A DNA stretch of 64,000 nt. Source: the human T2T-CHM13v2.0 reference genome, Homo sapiens. Below, piece after piece: positions 14,187 through 28,937 of the stretch. Location of the stretch: NCBI RefSeq assembly GCF_009914755.1, contig NC_060937.1; one strand, 5' to 3'. The notes under the pieces are model-generated. The model was given only the letters and a program-made list of their open reading frames with translations, had not been told where the DNA came from and did no database searches. The first letter of the stretch is position 1; each line of letters opens with the position of its first letter. The translations under genes and the position numbers were made by a program.

Positions 14187-15564
14187 TTTGGAAACATAAT
14201 CATTTTAATTATCTCTGTAAAGATTATTCTTAAAAATATTATATTAAGTACAATATCAGTGAGATTAATTTTAGAACAACTCCTTTGGAATAAATATGAA
14301 AGTAAAATTAAGGAAACTTAAAATAATGACTTTGATTCAAACCACTGAAAGGGAGAATTATTTTTATTATTCCTTCCAAAAATGCATGTGGTAAATAAAT
14401 GGTTAAAGTATTCAACAAAGTAGTGCAAAACAAGCTTTTAAAAGGTGCAAACACAATAGGTTGCAGCAGAAATAGAAGAATTTCTTCTCAGCAGATGAGA
14501 GTAAATGAATAAGAGAAAACAATAACCTCGATATTCATGCCATAGCAAGATTTTAACACCATGTGAAACTACTATAAAATATAAAATTTTTAAAAAATTA
14601 TCATTGGGCAAAAGAAAATAAAAGTTTCCAGTTTAATTTCTGCATGGGCTAAAGGAATATTTTTATTAGATGCTAGCAAGAAATAAATGAGAAATATATT
14701 TGATTGTATTTGAATTTACTATGGGAATATAAAAAAGATTATATATTTTTAAAGTGCATAGAAAACGAAACTTTCAAGTGTAACATATAACTACTAAAAT
14801 ATTCATTTTGTGATCCTTTAAAAAAATAATAGGTTCTAGTAATAGAACAAAAATATTTAATATACTTCTAATATGCAAAAACAATGCTTTTAAGGTATCT
14901 CACTATAATGAACTATAAAGAATCTGACACTTTATATATATCAATTCCAAAGTTCTTGAACACTCTAAAAAGTTATTGAATGTGTGAGATATAATTTATT
15001 TAATGACTATTTTTATTGTTAGAGTAATTGTGAAGACATTGGAAGAAACCAAATCTTAGGCCTCAATGTCAAATGTGCAATAGAGATCATCACAGGATCA
15101 TAGTTAAGTAAACACAGTAATTATAATATGTTATTTTAGATAAACGTTTTGATTTTTTATGTTATTATTTCCTGATAAGAAAGTAAAGCAATCATTTTAC
15201 CATATTCCAACCATGTGATATCTGTTTTTACCAGGGATATCCAGCAGCTATTTAAATATTTATAAATGAGACAGTTTTAACCTTTATGAAAATTTCATGA
15301 AATTTAAATAAACTCAAAATATAAATCTATAAATACAGAGGAAGTTAATAGCACAAGTGTACACTCTTTAAAGGAATATTTGAAATAATATTAAATAGTA
15401 ATTGTTGGCTCTTCCTACAATGCAATGAAATAAATCTTTCAGCTGTGCTGAAATTAAAAAAAAAAAGAAAAAAAAAAAAACATTGAGAGTAACTGGACCT
15501 AAACTACTACAACTACAATCAGGAATACATGTGAAAAAGATGTGTAGATGTTAGTGGGGGCAAT

Positions 15565-15857
15565 AGTCTTCTGAGGCAGATTCTTGTTTTCCCTGGGCTC
15601 AATTGAATCTCCTAAAAGATGTTTAGCTGTTTCTCTACACTTTCTCATGTCAATAATTTGAATCTGTCTGCAATGTTCTTTTAGTCATATATACATGACT
15701 GTCCTCTCTTCAAATGTTCTCCCAATGCATGATGTAAGAGAAAGAACATTGCAGACAGCTTAAAACTATTGGCATGAAAATGTGTAGAGAAACAGCTAAA
15801 CATCTTTTGCTAGATTCAATTGAGCCCAAGGAAAACAACACTCTGCCTCCGAAGACT
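15565..15857. repeat. Long inverted repeat: 117-bp arms with a 59-bp spacer
   Basis: 15565-15681 aligns to the reverse complement of 15741-15857 with no gaps and 13 mismatches by manual count (about 89%). Confidence 0.97.
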
Positions 15858-15950
15858 TATATATATAATATATATAATGTACATACACTTATATTTACTA
15901 TATATATACAATATATTTAATGTGTATGTGTGTGTGTGTGTGTGCGTGTG
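15858..15950. repeat. (TA)n-rich plus (TG)n microsatellite
   Basis: tatatatataatatatataatg...tgtgtatgtgtgtgtgtgtgtgtgcgtgtg. Confidence 0.9.
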
Positions 15951-17539
15951 TTTATTCAATAAAGCTAAGTGACCTGACAGCCTGCCTTGCCAAATTATCC
16001 CTTGTGTGTACTCTGACCATTTCCATTTTATTATAAGGGACATCACAAATTGCTAAGATAGATCACTTGTAGTTTGAATTGAGTACCGTTACAGGATTTT
16101 GCAATATCACTAAAGATTCATCAATAAAGATAATAATATGTAATGAGGGTTCTTAAATATATTTTTATCAGGTTAAGGAATGTTCAAGATATGATTTGCT
16201 AAGTGTTTTGTTTCTGTCTTTGCTTTTATTCATGAGTAATACCTGAATTTTTACCAAATATTTCAATGCAACAACTGAGATTATCTTGTTATTTTTAAAT
16301 GTATAAATATACTGTCAATTTGTTTACACTAAAGCTCTTTGCTATTGCTAGAACAAATTTAAATATGATTTACTTTAAATGTGATTTATTTTATATAAAA
16401 ACATGCAGGTTTCAATTTGGTAACAGTGTGCATGCTTTCTACATCTGTGTTCACAAATGAGTTTGCTCTACAATTGCATTTTCTGGTTCTAATTTTATCC
16501 AGTTTTATCATCGAGGTTACGCAGGTCTCATAAAATGTGTTATGGAGTACTTCCTTTTTTCTATTCTTTGAACAGCTTGAATACAGTAAGTATTGTCTAT
16601 TTGTTGAAATATATATTTTTAAAACATTCAAAGCTATATTGGCCACATATTTCCTAAAACTTTTTGAAGAAATTTTTTTTGGCCACTGATTCAAGTAATG
16701 GTTCTATATTTCATTAACATTAACTGATAATATATTTTGAAATATCCCTATCTTTTTCAAGTATCCTATCATTTCATAGTTTTAAGATTTTTAAACAACT
16801 TCCACCCATCTAACTCTGTTGTTTTGCTTCTTTACGCTTTTTCTAGTTTGCTTTGATGAATCATTTTGTATCTTAGTTTTTCAAAGAATTATATTTTGGT
16901 TTTATTATCTCTATGGTTCCTTCTCCCAAGATTTAATATCTTTATTTTATTAATATCATATATTTATCATTTACTATTTTTCTATTTACTCCATATTTTT
17001 TATTTTCATGAATTAAAATATTTAACTAATATGATTTCATGATTTCTTCCTCTTTAACTCATACATGTACCACTATAATTTGCCTCTAATCAGGACTCTG
17101 ACCAAATCTAACAAAATTTTAAACATATATTACATTCATTTTTATTCAGTTCTAAATACTTATTTTCTCATATGAATTTGTTTACAATTGATTTAGAAAT
17201 GTACATTATATTTTTCAAATGAAGTTTTTCCTGGTTAAAAACTTGATATTTCATTGTATTGCTTTTTCTATGATAAAAATTATTGTATTTTTAAGATTTT
17301 CTTTGTAAATACATAATCATCCATTTTAAAAATATTTAATGTGTCTTTGAAAAGAATGTATGTCTTATGTGTGTTGGGTTAACATCCATGTTAGATCAGA
17401 TGGATTGTGTTGTCAAATATTCAATATCCTTATTAACATTTTATCAAATTTATCTAAAATTTTAAGAAATATATTAAAATCTGCAAGTATCATAGCTATG
17501 TTAAAAACATTGCCTTATAATTCTATGGAATTTTAAATT

Positions 17540-17859
17540 ATTTATTTTTATTGTTTTATTTTTTATTTTTATTTTTTGAGATGGACTCTTACTCTGTCAT
17601 CCAGGCTGGAGTGTAGTGGTGTGATCTCAGCTCACCACAACTTCCGCCGCCTGGGTTCAAGCAATTCTCCTGTCTCAGCCTCCAGAGTAGCTGGGACTAA
17701 AGGCACCCACCACCACACCCAGCTAATTTTTGTATTTTTAGTAGAGACAGGGTTTCACCATATTGGTCAGGCTGGTCTCAAACCCCTGACCTTAGGTGAT
17801 CCACCCGCCTCGGCCTCCCAAAGTGCTGGGATTACAGTTGTGAGCCACCGCGCCTGGCT
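17540..17859 (-). mobile_element. AluSx-like, full length
   Basis: Reverse Alu from the T-rich tail to gagccaccgcgcctggct; sits in the A-tail region of the adjacent L1MA. Confidence 0.95.
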
Positions 17860-17865
17860 AAATAT

Positions 17866-18530
17866 TTTATTTTAAATTTTACTTTTAATTGACAAATATA
17901 AATTATGCATATTTATGAGGTCCAATGTGATGTTTCCATATACGTATACATTTTGTAATGATCCAATCAGAATAATTAGCATACTCATCATCTCAAACAT
18001 TCATCATTTCTTCGTGATGCAAATATTCAAAATACTTTATTCCAGCAATTTTAAAATATAGAAAACAATATTATTAACTATAGCACCTCTATTGTACAAT
18101 GAAATACCAGAACTGATTCCTCTTATCTAACTGTAACTGTACCTATTGAACAACTCCCCTTTCCGTTTCTCCCATCCCCCTAAGCCTATTGTGTCCACCG
18201 TTTTGCTTTCTAAGAGTGCCACTGTTTTCTATCTTACATATAATTGAGATCATATAACATTTGTTTCTCTATGCGTTGGTTATTTTTCTTAACATAATGA
18301 CCACTGGGTTCATCCATGTTGTCGCAAATGACAGAATTTCCTGTTTTTAAGTGTGGAACAGTATTTCATTGAGTATATATATCCCATTTTTAAATCCATT
18401 CATTTGTTAACAACACAGGTTGTTCACATATCTTGACTATTGTGAATAATGCTACAATAAACATGGGAGTGCAGACATTTCTTTGGCATACTGATTTGAG
18501 TTCCTTTGTGTATATACCTGGTAGTGAGAA
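17866..18530 (-). mobile_element. L1MA5-7-like 3' end
   Basis: ttttaattgacaaatataaattatgcatatttatgaggtccaatgtgatg...catccatgttgtcgcaaatgacagaatttcc...aataatgctacaataaacatgggagtgcaga. Confidence 0.88.
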
Positions 18531-19244
18531 TTAAACATTTTAAAGTTATATTGCTATCTTCTTATGATTTTTACATATCCTCAGTGAACTGTTACTCTTA
18601 TAATCATGCCTACTTATATAACACCCTTAGGAGAAGATTCCTTACATTTTGAATACTATTAATATTGTTAGATCAGGGTGCTCTCTCTCCTTTCTCTCTC
18701 TCTCTCTCTCCTCTGTTACGTTTATTCTCTTTATTCAATCTTTATGCTCCTATATTTTAGGCATCTCTCCAAACAAACTTGTAGATAGTATTTTTAAATT
18801 CAATTGGATAGTCTTTTTTAAATATAATAAGCACATTGCATTTTAATGATAATGATTATAGTTGAGTTTATTTTTGCTCTCTTTTGGGTATCTACTTATG
18901 TAATATCTTTAAAAAATTTCTTTGTTTCTTGTTAAAAATATGTCTTTATTTTTTCTCCGTGTGTATTGAGCCTAATAGCTGAATGTATTTAATGTGTACA
19001 TTTTGTAATGTGTACACTTTTAATTGACAAATATAAATATATACTGATTAATAGATATTAATCAGTATAATTAATAATATACATTAATCGGTATATATTT
19101 AGCTTCTTCATAAACCAAAACTACACCTAGACATGATTCATATAGAACAGACCCTTCCTATTTCACTTCTTACAATTGACTAAATTAAGACATTTGTTTA
19201 GTTTTTTACCCTTATAGATAGATTGATAGATCAGTAAGTAGAAG

Positions 19245-19851
19245 ATAATCAGTCTTCCAGAGAAATAAAACAAATAGAATATATATGTATACTTATATAT
19301 AAGAAATATATAAACATATAAATATGCAATATATATAAGAAATTGGTACACATATAAGAAATGTATATATAAAGAATCACCTCATATTCAACTGTAATTG
19401 ATTATGAAAGCTGAGAAGTTCCAAGATATGCAGTCAGCAAGCTAAAGACTCTGGAAAGCCAATGATATCATTCCAATCAGGATCCAAAGACCCGAGAACC
19501 AGGAAAGCTGATGGTTTAAGCCCCAATCCTATTCTCAGTCCAAAAACCAGAAGAATTGAAGGTTAAGTTCTATCTGAGACCAAGTCTGAAGGCAGGAGAC
19601 CCATGTCCCAGCTTGAAAACAGTCATTCAGAGAGTGAATTATTCCTTACTCTGCCTTATGTTGTATTCTGGCCTTCAACAGATTGAATAAGGTCCATTCA
19701 CATTCAGATGAAAAAATCAGCTTTACTCAGTGTATTCATTTAAACATTAATCTCATCTAGAAATACTTTCAGAAACATAGTCAGAATAATGTTTAACCAA
19801 ATATTTGGGCACCTAGTGGTCCAGTTAAGGTCATACATAAAATTAACCATT
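19245..19851 (-). mobile_element. MLT2B-like ERVL LTR with internal (TA)n
   Basis: ccagagaaataaaacaaatagaatatata...gctgagaagttccaagatatgcagtcagcaagct...gaataatgtttaaccaaatatttgggcacc...cataaaattaaccat. Confidence 0.88.
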
Positions 19852-19903
19852 TTAGGTAGGCAGAGATTTGCCTACTGGTATATGTTGTATATGTTTTCAT
19901 TCT

Positions 19904-19925
19904 TTTGACTCATATATGAGTCAAA
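19904..19925. promoter_or_regulatory. Perfect 22-bp palindrome containing two consensus AP-1 (TRE) sites
   Basis: tttgactcatatatgagtcaaa: TGACTCA at 19906-19912 and TGAGTCA at 19917-19923; the motif is certain but function is untested. Confidence 0.45.
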
Positions 19926-20124
19926 CATATATACATATATATACATATATATACACATACATATATGTGTATATACATATATACATATACATATATGTGT
20001 ATATACATATATACATATACATATATGTGTATATACATATATACATATACATATATGTGTATACATATATACATATACATATATGTGTATATACATATAT
20101 ATACATATATGTGTGTATATATAT
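19925..20124. repeat. (TA/CA/TG) micro/minisatellite with a ~30-bp higher-order unit
   Basis: Repeated atacatatacatatatgtgtatatacatat; produces the YIYI-type artefact ORFs. Confidence 0.97.
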
Positions 20125-20679
20125 TTCCATCTGACTTCTTCACCTGGTTCTCTTATTCTCACAGACGTATATGGTGATTACTTCACTGTGGGTCCATGAG
20201 TATTACACTATTTAGGTTTTATATATCTGAAAAAGCCTTTGCTTTTTATTTTATCTGTGGACACAATTCTCAGAATATTCTTACTTTGTTTCCCTTCCTG
20301 CTTCTGACACCTCTAATTGCTGAGCATAAGTCTGCTGGTGCATAATTATACTTCCATTAGAAGTGATCTTTTTCTTTGTGAGTTATTAGGAATTTTTGCT
20401 TTATGTTTCTCATTCTGCTTTTTATCCATGATAATTTAGAAGAGGATGCTTCTTCTGGAGGATTAATATGTCCCTTGTGTCTGTTAATTCTTGTTTTATA
20501 TATTTTTTCTCATTATCTTTGTGGACCGAATCTTCTCTGAATGCCTTAATGTGAATTTTGTCTTTGGCTTTAGCCTAGAGCTTCCTATATTTTGAATTGT
20601 TTGATATCACTGTCTATTATTTTCATTTCCAGGATTTCCAATTTATTCTTTATTACATTTATCTATTACCTCATTCTAA

Positions 20680-20846
20680 AGACTTGTTATAGTAAATGTG
20701 GTTCTTAGATCAGCAGCATTAGTATTACCTGGGAGTTTCTAAGAAATACATAATTCTAGGTCTCAATTCAAATTTATTGATTCAGATAATGCATTTTTAC
20801 AAGATTTATCATAATTTTTATACCTATTAAAGTTTTAATGCATCAG
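20680..20846. mobile_element. MER5A-like hAT-Charlie MITE
   Basis: aatgtggttcttagatcagcagcattagtattacctgggagtttctaagaaataca...gcatttttacaagat...taaagtttt. Confidence 0.7.
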
Positions 20847-21324
20847 ATGACCTTTGGCATATTTATATTAAAGTCAATTGAATATTTTGATATAATTTGC
20901 TACTATCAGGAATGAATTAATTTCTTAATAATAGTGTTATTGGTTGTCTTTTCTGGTGTTAGTTTTACAATTGGACTTGAATTTTTATTTTACCGATACA
21001 AAGTATGGTCCAGAGTCTTTTAAAGATATATTTTTTGTTGTCTGTATTCACCCATCAGATTCATCTCTGTGGGTTCTACCATCTAAATCCTACAGAGCAG
21101 TGATAGTGGAGACATTTCCATTATTTATTTGACTTTAACTCACATACCACATTTCGTGTCAGTAGTTTTTGTGGTAAACAGATATATGCATTTAGTTATG
21201 AATATATTCTGGATAAAAACTTACCTATTTATAAAAATAGTAATCTACATGACTTTTAAATATGTAACATCTTTTTATATGTTTGAAGAAGAGAGAGGAG
21301 TATAATCGTAACCTTGGACTTTAA

Positions 21325-21475
21325 GTCTTAGGCTCTTTAAATATTGTATTTTACTTAATAGATTGTTTGGCCAAGTATTACTATATTATTATTTAACAGA
21401 TAAAAGGCCAAGATTTTAGTTAATTAAATGTGTTGAAATTCATACAGAGCACAATTTTTAAACCTAGGTCTTATT
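21325..21475 (-). mobile_element. MIR fragment
   Basis: tattattatttaacagataaaaggccaag...aaacctaggtct resembles the reversed MIR core. Confidence 0.45.
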
Positions 21476-22173
21476 GACAAAAAAATAAGCTCAAGTTAAT
21501 AATGGCATAAATAGTAAGTAGTTAAGGTTTTTTTTTTTTTTTTTTACGTATACCTTCATTCCACAGCTCTTTGTAGGGCCTCCAAAAGATAATAATAGTA
21601 ACATGAGAGTTCATTCCATTAAACATCTACCATGTGCAGACACTGTTTGAAGTGTGGAGACACTGTTTTTCACACAAAAAAATTAGTAAAAAAACTAAGC
21701 ATACAATTAATATTTTTGTTAATAGAGTGAGGAGTTGCAAACAAATACTGTTAAGAAGAAAACAATTAGCTGAGATGAAGAAATGCATAGGAAACTTCAT
21801 TTATGTAGGGAGGTCAAGGAAGTCTTCTTTGAAGAGGGAATGTGGACTTGGATAATTTGGCTATCTGCAGAGATGGAGAGAAGAGACACTGGGAATCATA
21901 TGCAAGAAAGAGCTTACCAATAGCCAGAATATGATCACAGGAGGTTAGGGAGTCTGAAACATAGGGAAGAAATGGGGAAGTTGCTTACAAAGAAGGTAGA
22001 GAAACATGTGAAGAATTGATCATGTGGGCCAAGTCAGTCTAGATTTTGTAGTAAACGTAATATGGAGCCATTGAAATGTTTAAATTAAGAAGTTACATGT
22101 GACCTAATTATTTTCTGAGAAAATCACTTTTCTTGCTCTGTAGAGTTAAATAGGGGAGGGGAAACAATAGGAG

Positions 22174-23774
<1,601 letters not shown>

Positions 23775-24624
23775 AGCCAGTTTAGTACCTTGAGACTTTT
23801 CCAGACAAAAGGTATGAGTCCGTGTTTGCATTGATCAAACACTTCAGAAGGGCAGGCTTCATGAGCATAAAACCCATTTCGACACACTTCTCTCCAATAG
23901 CAACACAGAACAAGCCAAGATTTGTCAGCTAAGAAAGCATCTTGTTGGAGCAATGACTGATGTCAGTCTCGTCTCCGTATAGACCAGCCTTCCCTATCTC
24001 ATCAAATCTCGTGAAACTTCCTGAGCTCGTCTTGAAATAAGAAAAAAAATCCCTTGTTCTTGGAGAGAGCAAAGCGATGTAAAATGCAGAGGACTCTGAC
24101 AAGTCTTTTTCAAGTCAAAGACATCCCCCATCTCAAATCGACTGAATCTCTAGCCTTTTCTACATAAACTTGGAGTAAGTGAGGAGCTAAGGATGACAGA
24201 TATAGTTTTTGAAAGCCTTTTATCTAATACTGAACATGTATTTCTTCTAGTCCCCTTTTACATTTTAAAAGAAAAAAAACCAATGTTGATTACTTAGCAT
24301 TTATTTCCTTAGTCTGGAACACTCTCTGTAATTACCAGAAATAACCAAAAAACTTAATATTTTCAATGAATTCTCAAGTTAATTCTTCCTTTTTGCTTTT
24401 TTTTTATTTTCAGAAAGGGAAACTGATGCCTGATACACAGTAAATGTGAGTAAATTGTGCATATTCACATGTATAATATGTAGTACACAAGCATTACAAG
24501 CAGATTACTCAGTTTTTCTGCCAAGAAGATGACAACTCAGAATTCTATAAACCTGAACTAAAATATTGCTGTCACTTCTCTGAAATGTGAAGACCTATGT
24601 TAAAAACATAAATAAATAAATAAT

Positions 24625-24920
24625 GGCTGGGCGCAGTGGCTCACAACTGTAATCCCAGCACTTAGGGAGGCCGATGCAGGCAGTTCATCTGAGGTCAGCA
24701 ACTTGAGATCAGCCTAGCCAACATGGTGAAACCTCGTTTCTACTAAAAATACAAAAAAAATTTAGCCGGGCCTGGTGGCGAGTGCCTATAGTCCCAGCTA
24801 CTCGAGAGTCTGAGGCAGGAGAATCACTTGAACCTGGGAGGCAGAGGTTTCAGTGAGCCAAGATCGTGCCACTGCACTCCAGCCTGGGCAACAAGAGTGA
24901 AACTCGATCTAAAAAAAAAA
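24625..24920 (+). mobile_element. AluSq-like, full length
   Basis: Alu dimer ending ggcaacaagagtgaaactc plus poly(A). Confidence 0.93.
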
Positions 24921-25839
24921 GAAGAAAGATATGTCTTATTTGCTCAAAAAACATGTGGCCTCAGTGTAAATTCTTGTTTTGTATGTTACTTATACAAGAG
25001 TAAAAAATGAACCTACGTTTTTCTTTGCTTCTGTGTTGAACCTAACCTCCTATAAAAATGAAAAACTTTCCTTGACTTAATAGACATCCTTTTCCAAAAT
25101 CTTACCTGCATTTTTCTTAAGTAGAATACAAGAAATATCTCCTTAGAACTTGACATATGTATTTAATTATAACCAAAACACATTTTCATTTTATCTGATC
25201 CTCAAAAAGGAGAAAATATAATTTAATATTTGTCTGATTAAGCATTTTGGAATTATTCTCAAAAAAAGCATAAAGAAATGATCTTTTGTAGAGGTTATCT
25301 GTAGCCAAGGTTTATATAGGATTGCTTTCTTGTTTTCCTTTTTGAAGAAGGGTTGGCGTTTAATTCTAAAAGTCTGTGTGATGACCAAGCTTAGCAGAGA
25401 GAGAAAGACAGAGAAAGTAAACCCAGTCATTATATATTCTTTGTCTGTTCACAAGAACTCAATGTTCTGATCTGAAATACTCACCACCCACTCATGCATG
25501 TCACTAGAAAGAAAACGTCTGCTGTAGTGCTAGAGAAATACTTGTTCTGTTAACCAACAATCATATTTTTTTCAAAAGCCCTAGACAAAGAAAAATATAA
25601 TTTATACTGTTTATAACTACATATTTTAATTTTCATTCAATTACTATTTTATAGAATTTGTGAATTTCAAACACTTTAAGGTAGTTCTGCTTTGCATTTT
25701 CCAGATTATGCACTAAAAGCTGCTAGTTTGATATCTTACACTAAGAATATTTTCTTTTCTCAGAAGATGACTTAAATAGCCTCACATGTACAAAACTACA
25801 GGAAGCTGTACTGTAGAAACTAGCCTAAAACGTATTGTC

Positions 25840-26030
25840 AAAGGGTCAGTGTAAAATGCTCAGCCCTACCACTTAACAGCCAAGTGTACTTTAGCAAAAG
25901 AGAATCTTTCTGTCATAATATCTTTATTTTTTTAAAAAAAACTGGAGACAGCAATAGATATCTCTTGGTTTTTTAAGAGTACAAAATGATAACACTTTTG
26001 CAATTGCTTTGCAAACTATAAAGAAATTGG
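25840..26030 (+). mobile_element. MIR fragment
   Basis: ctcagccctaccacttaacagc...aaaactggagacagcaatag...tgctttgcaaactataaag. Confidence 0.5.
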
Positions 26031-28199
26031 TATTATTAAAATATCTCCACAAAGTAAGTTACATAGTTTGTGATGTCTTGTTAACTGTTTCTGAATACTG
26101 AAGTACTATTTTGTGTATTGAATCAGCAGTGTACTGAATGGTACTTTATTGGTCTGTTTCCAGGGAATAACTTTCACGTGGGTATTATCCAGTTGCATAA
26201 AATGAAATGTGACATAAAATCAAGCATTACACGTTTAATTTATCATCTGGGAAATCTGAATTGTCAGGCCCTGAAAAAATAATTGAAATGCAAGCTTCTT
26301 CGGAAAGATATTGAAATTCATTTCTGAGGCAAAAGATACGTGTGGGAGAAAAATAAAAGATAAAATTGCTTTCTCATTCTTTCATTTTCAAGAAAATATA
26401 ATTCCTGGAAGAATGCAGTGTGATGTGTAAGGAACAACACAACTCTGGATGGTGTGCTTGAAAATGTTATTTCAGCCGCAATTAGAAAATAAGAGAACAT
26501 TCTGAAAAATGCACTGAAAAGTAAGTGTAGGTACTAAGAATGACAATACTAAAACAGCTGAGAGTATGATATGTAATGAATTACTGTTCAAAGACATTCA
26601 ACCCCATGAAGTTATACTGTTTTGTAAAGTTCCAAGCAGAAGTACCTTCTCTGAATAACAAAACAGCTTATATTCATTCATAACTCCCAGCAGGAGATGT
26701 CTTTCTCCAGGACCATGGACAGCACAAGGGTACAGCGATCCTGGTAAAAAATCTGTTTCTGTATGTCTGTTTTTTCTGCCTGATTCTACTAAAATTAGTT
26801 AGGTGTGCCTACAAAAAAAAGTGTTTTGGATTGGTTCTTGGTCTTCATGACTGCTACAATTTACAGTACTGTTACATAAATAAATATTTTGTATCACATC
26901 ACAATTAAATACGTTGTCATCCCAAATTTATAATTTATTTCATAAAAAAATAATTTAGCAAAGCATCATTTAGTTTTCAGCTTCTCGGTTGTTTTGAATA
27001 AAGCTAACAGCTAAATTGAACGAAACTATTATATTGTCTTTGCTTATTAACTTTTTTCAGGAGTACGTTTTGTATTTCAAACCAAGTAACTTTCACTCAG
27101 GCTACTCAGCATGTTATCCAGGAAAACAAAATGATATCAAAGAGTTTGGACCACTTATTCGAGAGAATTAAGCATTTTCCTGTAGCTGAAACCTGAACAT
27201 CCATATATTTAGCTTTTGAGTTTGCATAATCGTTACTGCTACTGGTAGAGCAGTAAAGATCAAGCAAATCTTTCATTTATAATAGAAGTGGACCCTATTT
27301 AATATGCTTTCAACCTTTTTTAATCAATCACTGGATCTTTCCAAATGCTTGCAAGTTGGAAAAGGGAGAAAAATCAATTATATGGCTCTGTACTTATAGC
27401 AGTAGTTATTTTACACTAGTGTTCTTTAGTAAAACACACTCACAAGGTTTTCTCCAAAGTACTGTGTCAACAAGCTACTGCACCATTTCTCCTCCCCTTT
27501 GACCATCAACATTCTTAGTCACCTTGATTTCCATCTGCAGCAAGCACAAAATTTCTTTTTTTCAGTGATGATTCCACATCTTCTGACCTGTGAAAGCTTA
27601 ACAACCAGTTCTCAATACAGAATTCCTTTCTCTGCCATCATCAATTTATTGTATCAGCACATAGAATTTTGCAAAAATTCTAATACAGTTTCTACCATAA
27701 TACAATCCTGATTTCTAATCCACTCTTCTAAATTATATTTCTCCATGTCCTCTTCCAGATCTTTGCCTTTATTTTTCTTTTATTACTTTTGAATTGATAA
27801 TGTAATTATATGCAATGATAATTGTCCTTAATAATGTAATTATTTGCAGTGATAATTTTCCTAGCCACATCAAGCTGGCGTAAATATTATGGGTAACACT
27901 AAAAAAGTCTTCCAAAAGTCTTCAGCTAATCTCATGAGTTCTGTCTTTCCATATCCTGGGAGACGTGAGTCTCTGTCTCTTTTTGGTTTCCTTAGGTGTC
28001 TCACTATGGATATCTGAGTTATTCTTCCAAATATAAGAACATGTTTTCGTACTCTGATACTCTAATGAAAAGGTATCACATGGATTTGGCTCTTAGTTTC
28101 TAACTATTACTGATTTAGCTAATACCAGAAATCTCATGAACTTTGTTTTCTATAATCTCATGTGACTAAATCACCTGCTTACTCTAAGAACACAATCAT

Positions 28200-28385
28200 G
28201 TTGCCTATAGGTGAAGACCTAGGCTCTACCACTCATCATCTATGAGGTCTTAGGGAAAAAGAAAAAGAAAATAATACCTACTTCGCGTGGTTTCTATAAG
28301 GGTTAACTAAAGTAATAGTTTTCTTGATTGCTTAGGACAGTAATTAGGACACACTGAATGCTAAGTACACACTAGCTAGTGTTAT
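28200..28385 (+). mobile_element. MIR fragment with core deletion
   Basis: cctaggctctaccactcatcatctatgaggtcttaggg...aataataccctacttcgcgtggtttctataaggg...gcttaggacagt. Confidence 0.6.
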
Positions 28386-28458
28386 GCTGCCTTTTGTTAG
28401 TTATTGCCTCTCCCAATAATATAAGATTTGTAAATCAATTTTCTCTATTGTTTGTAGC

Positions 28459-28937
28459 TGTTGTGGTCCAAATTGTGCCTCTCCCTCTTAAAAAAAAAAA
28501 AAAAGTATGTTGGTTTTAATCCCTAGTACCCGTGAATGTGACCATATTTGGGAATAGACTATGCAGATTTAATCAAGTTAAAAAGAGGTCATTAGGGTAG
28601 ACCTTAATCTAATGTGACTGGGTCCTTATGAGAAAAGGGAAATTTGGACACATCACAGGGGGAGTGCCATGTGAAGACCTAGAGACATTCAGACACAGAG
28701 AAAAGACGTGAAGACGGGAAGAGATTGGAGTTATGGTCCCATAGCAAAGCAATGCCTAGGCAATGAGATGCTGGAAAAGATAAGGAAATAACTTACCTAA
28801 AGGCTTCAGAGAGAACACGGCCCTAACATATGCCTTGAATTCAAGCTTCTAGCCTCCAAAAGTGTGAGACAATAAATTTCCCTAAGTTTACCCCCCACAT
28901 ATGATACTTTGTTATAGGAGCCTAGAAAATTAATACA
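28459..28937 (+). mobile_element. MLT1C solo LTR
   Basis: tgttgtgg...gaatgtgaccatatttggg...aatcaagttaaaa...agcttctagcctccaaaagtgtgagacaataaatttc...aattaataca. Confidence 0.88.

Larger units (their letters stand above)
16140..18950 (-). mobile_element. Old degenerate L1 (L1M/ME) ORF2 region, interrupted by an Alu and an L1MA
   Basis: T-rich strand; ORF 16386-16694 contains RT-like remnants (NTFYETCVTSMIKLDK...NTDVE); gtgtctttgaaaagaatgtatgtct. Confidence 0.65.

Noticed and set aside
19868-20177. Five overlapping Y/I/H-rich ORFs
   Set aside because: Artefacts of a stop-free microsatellite
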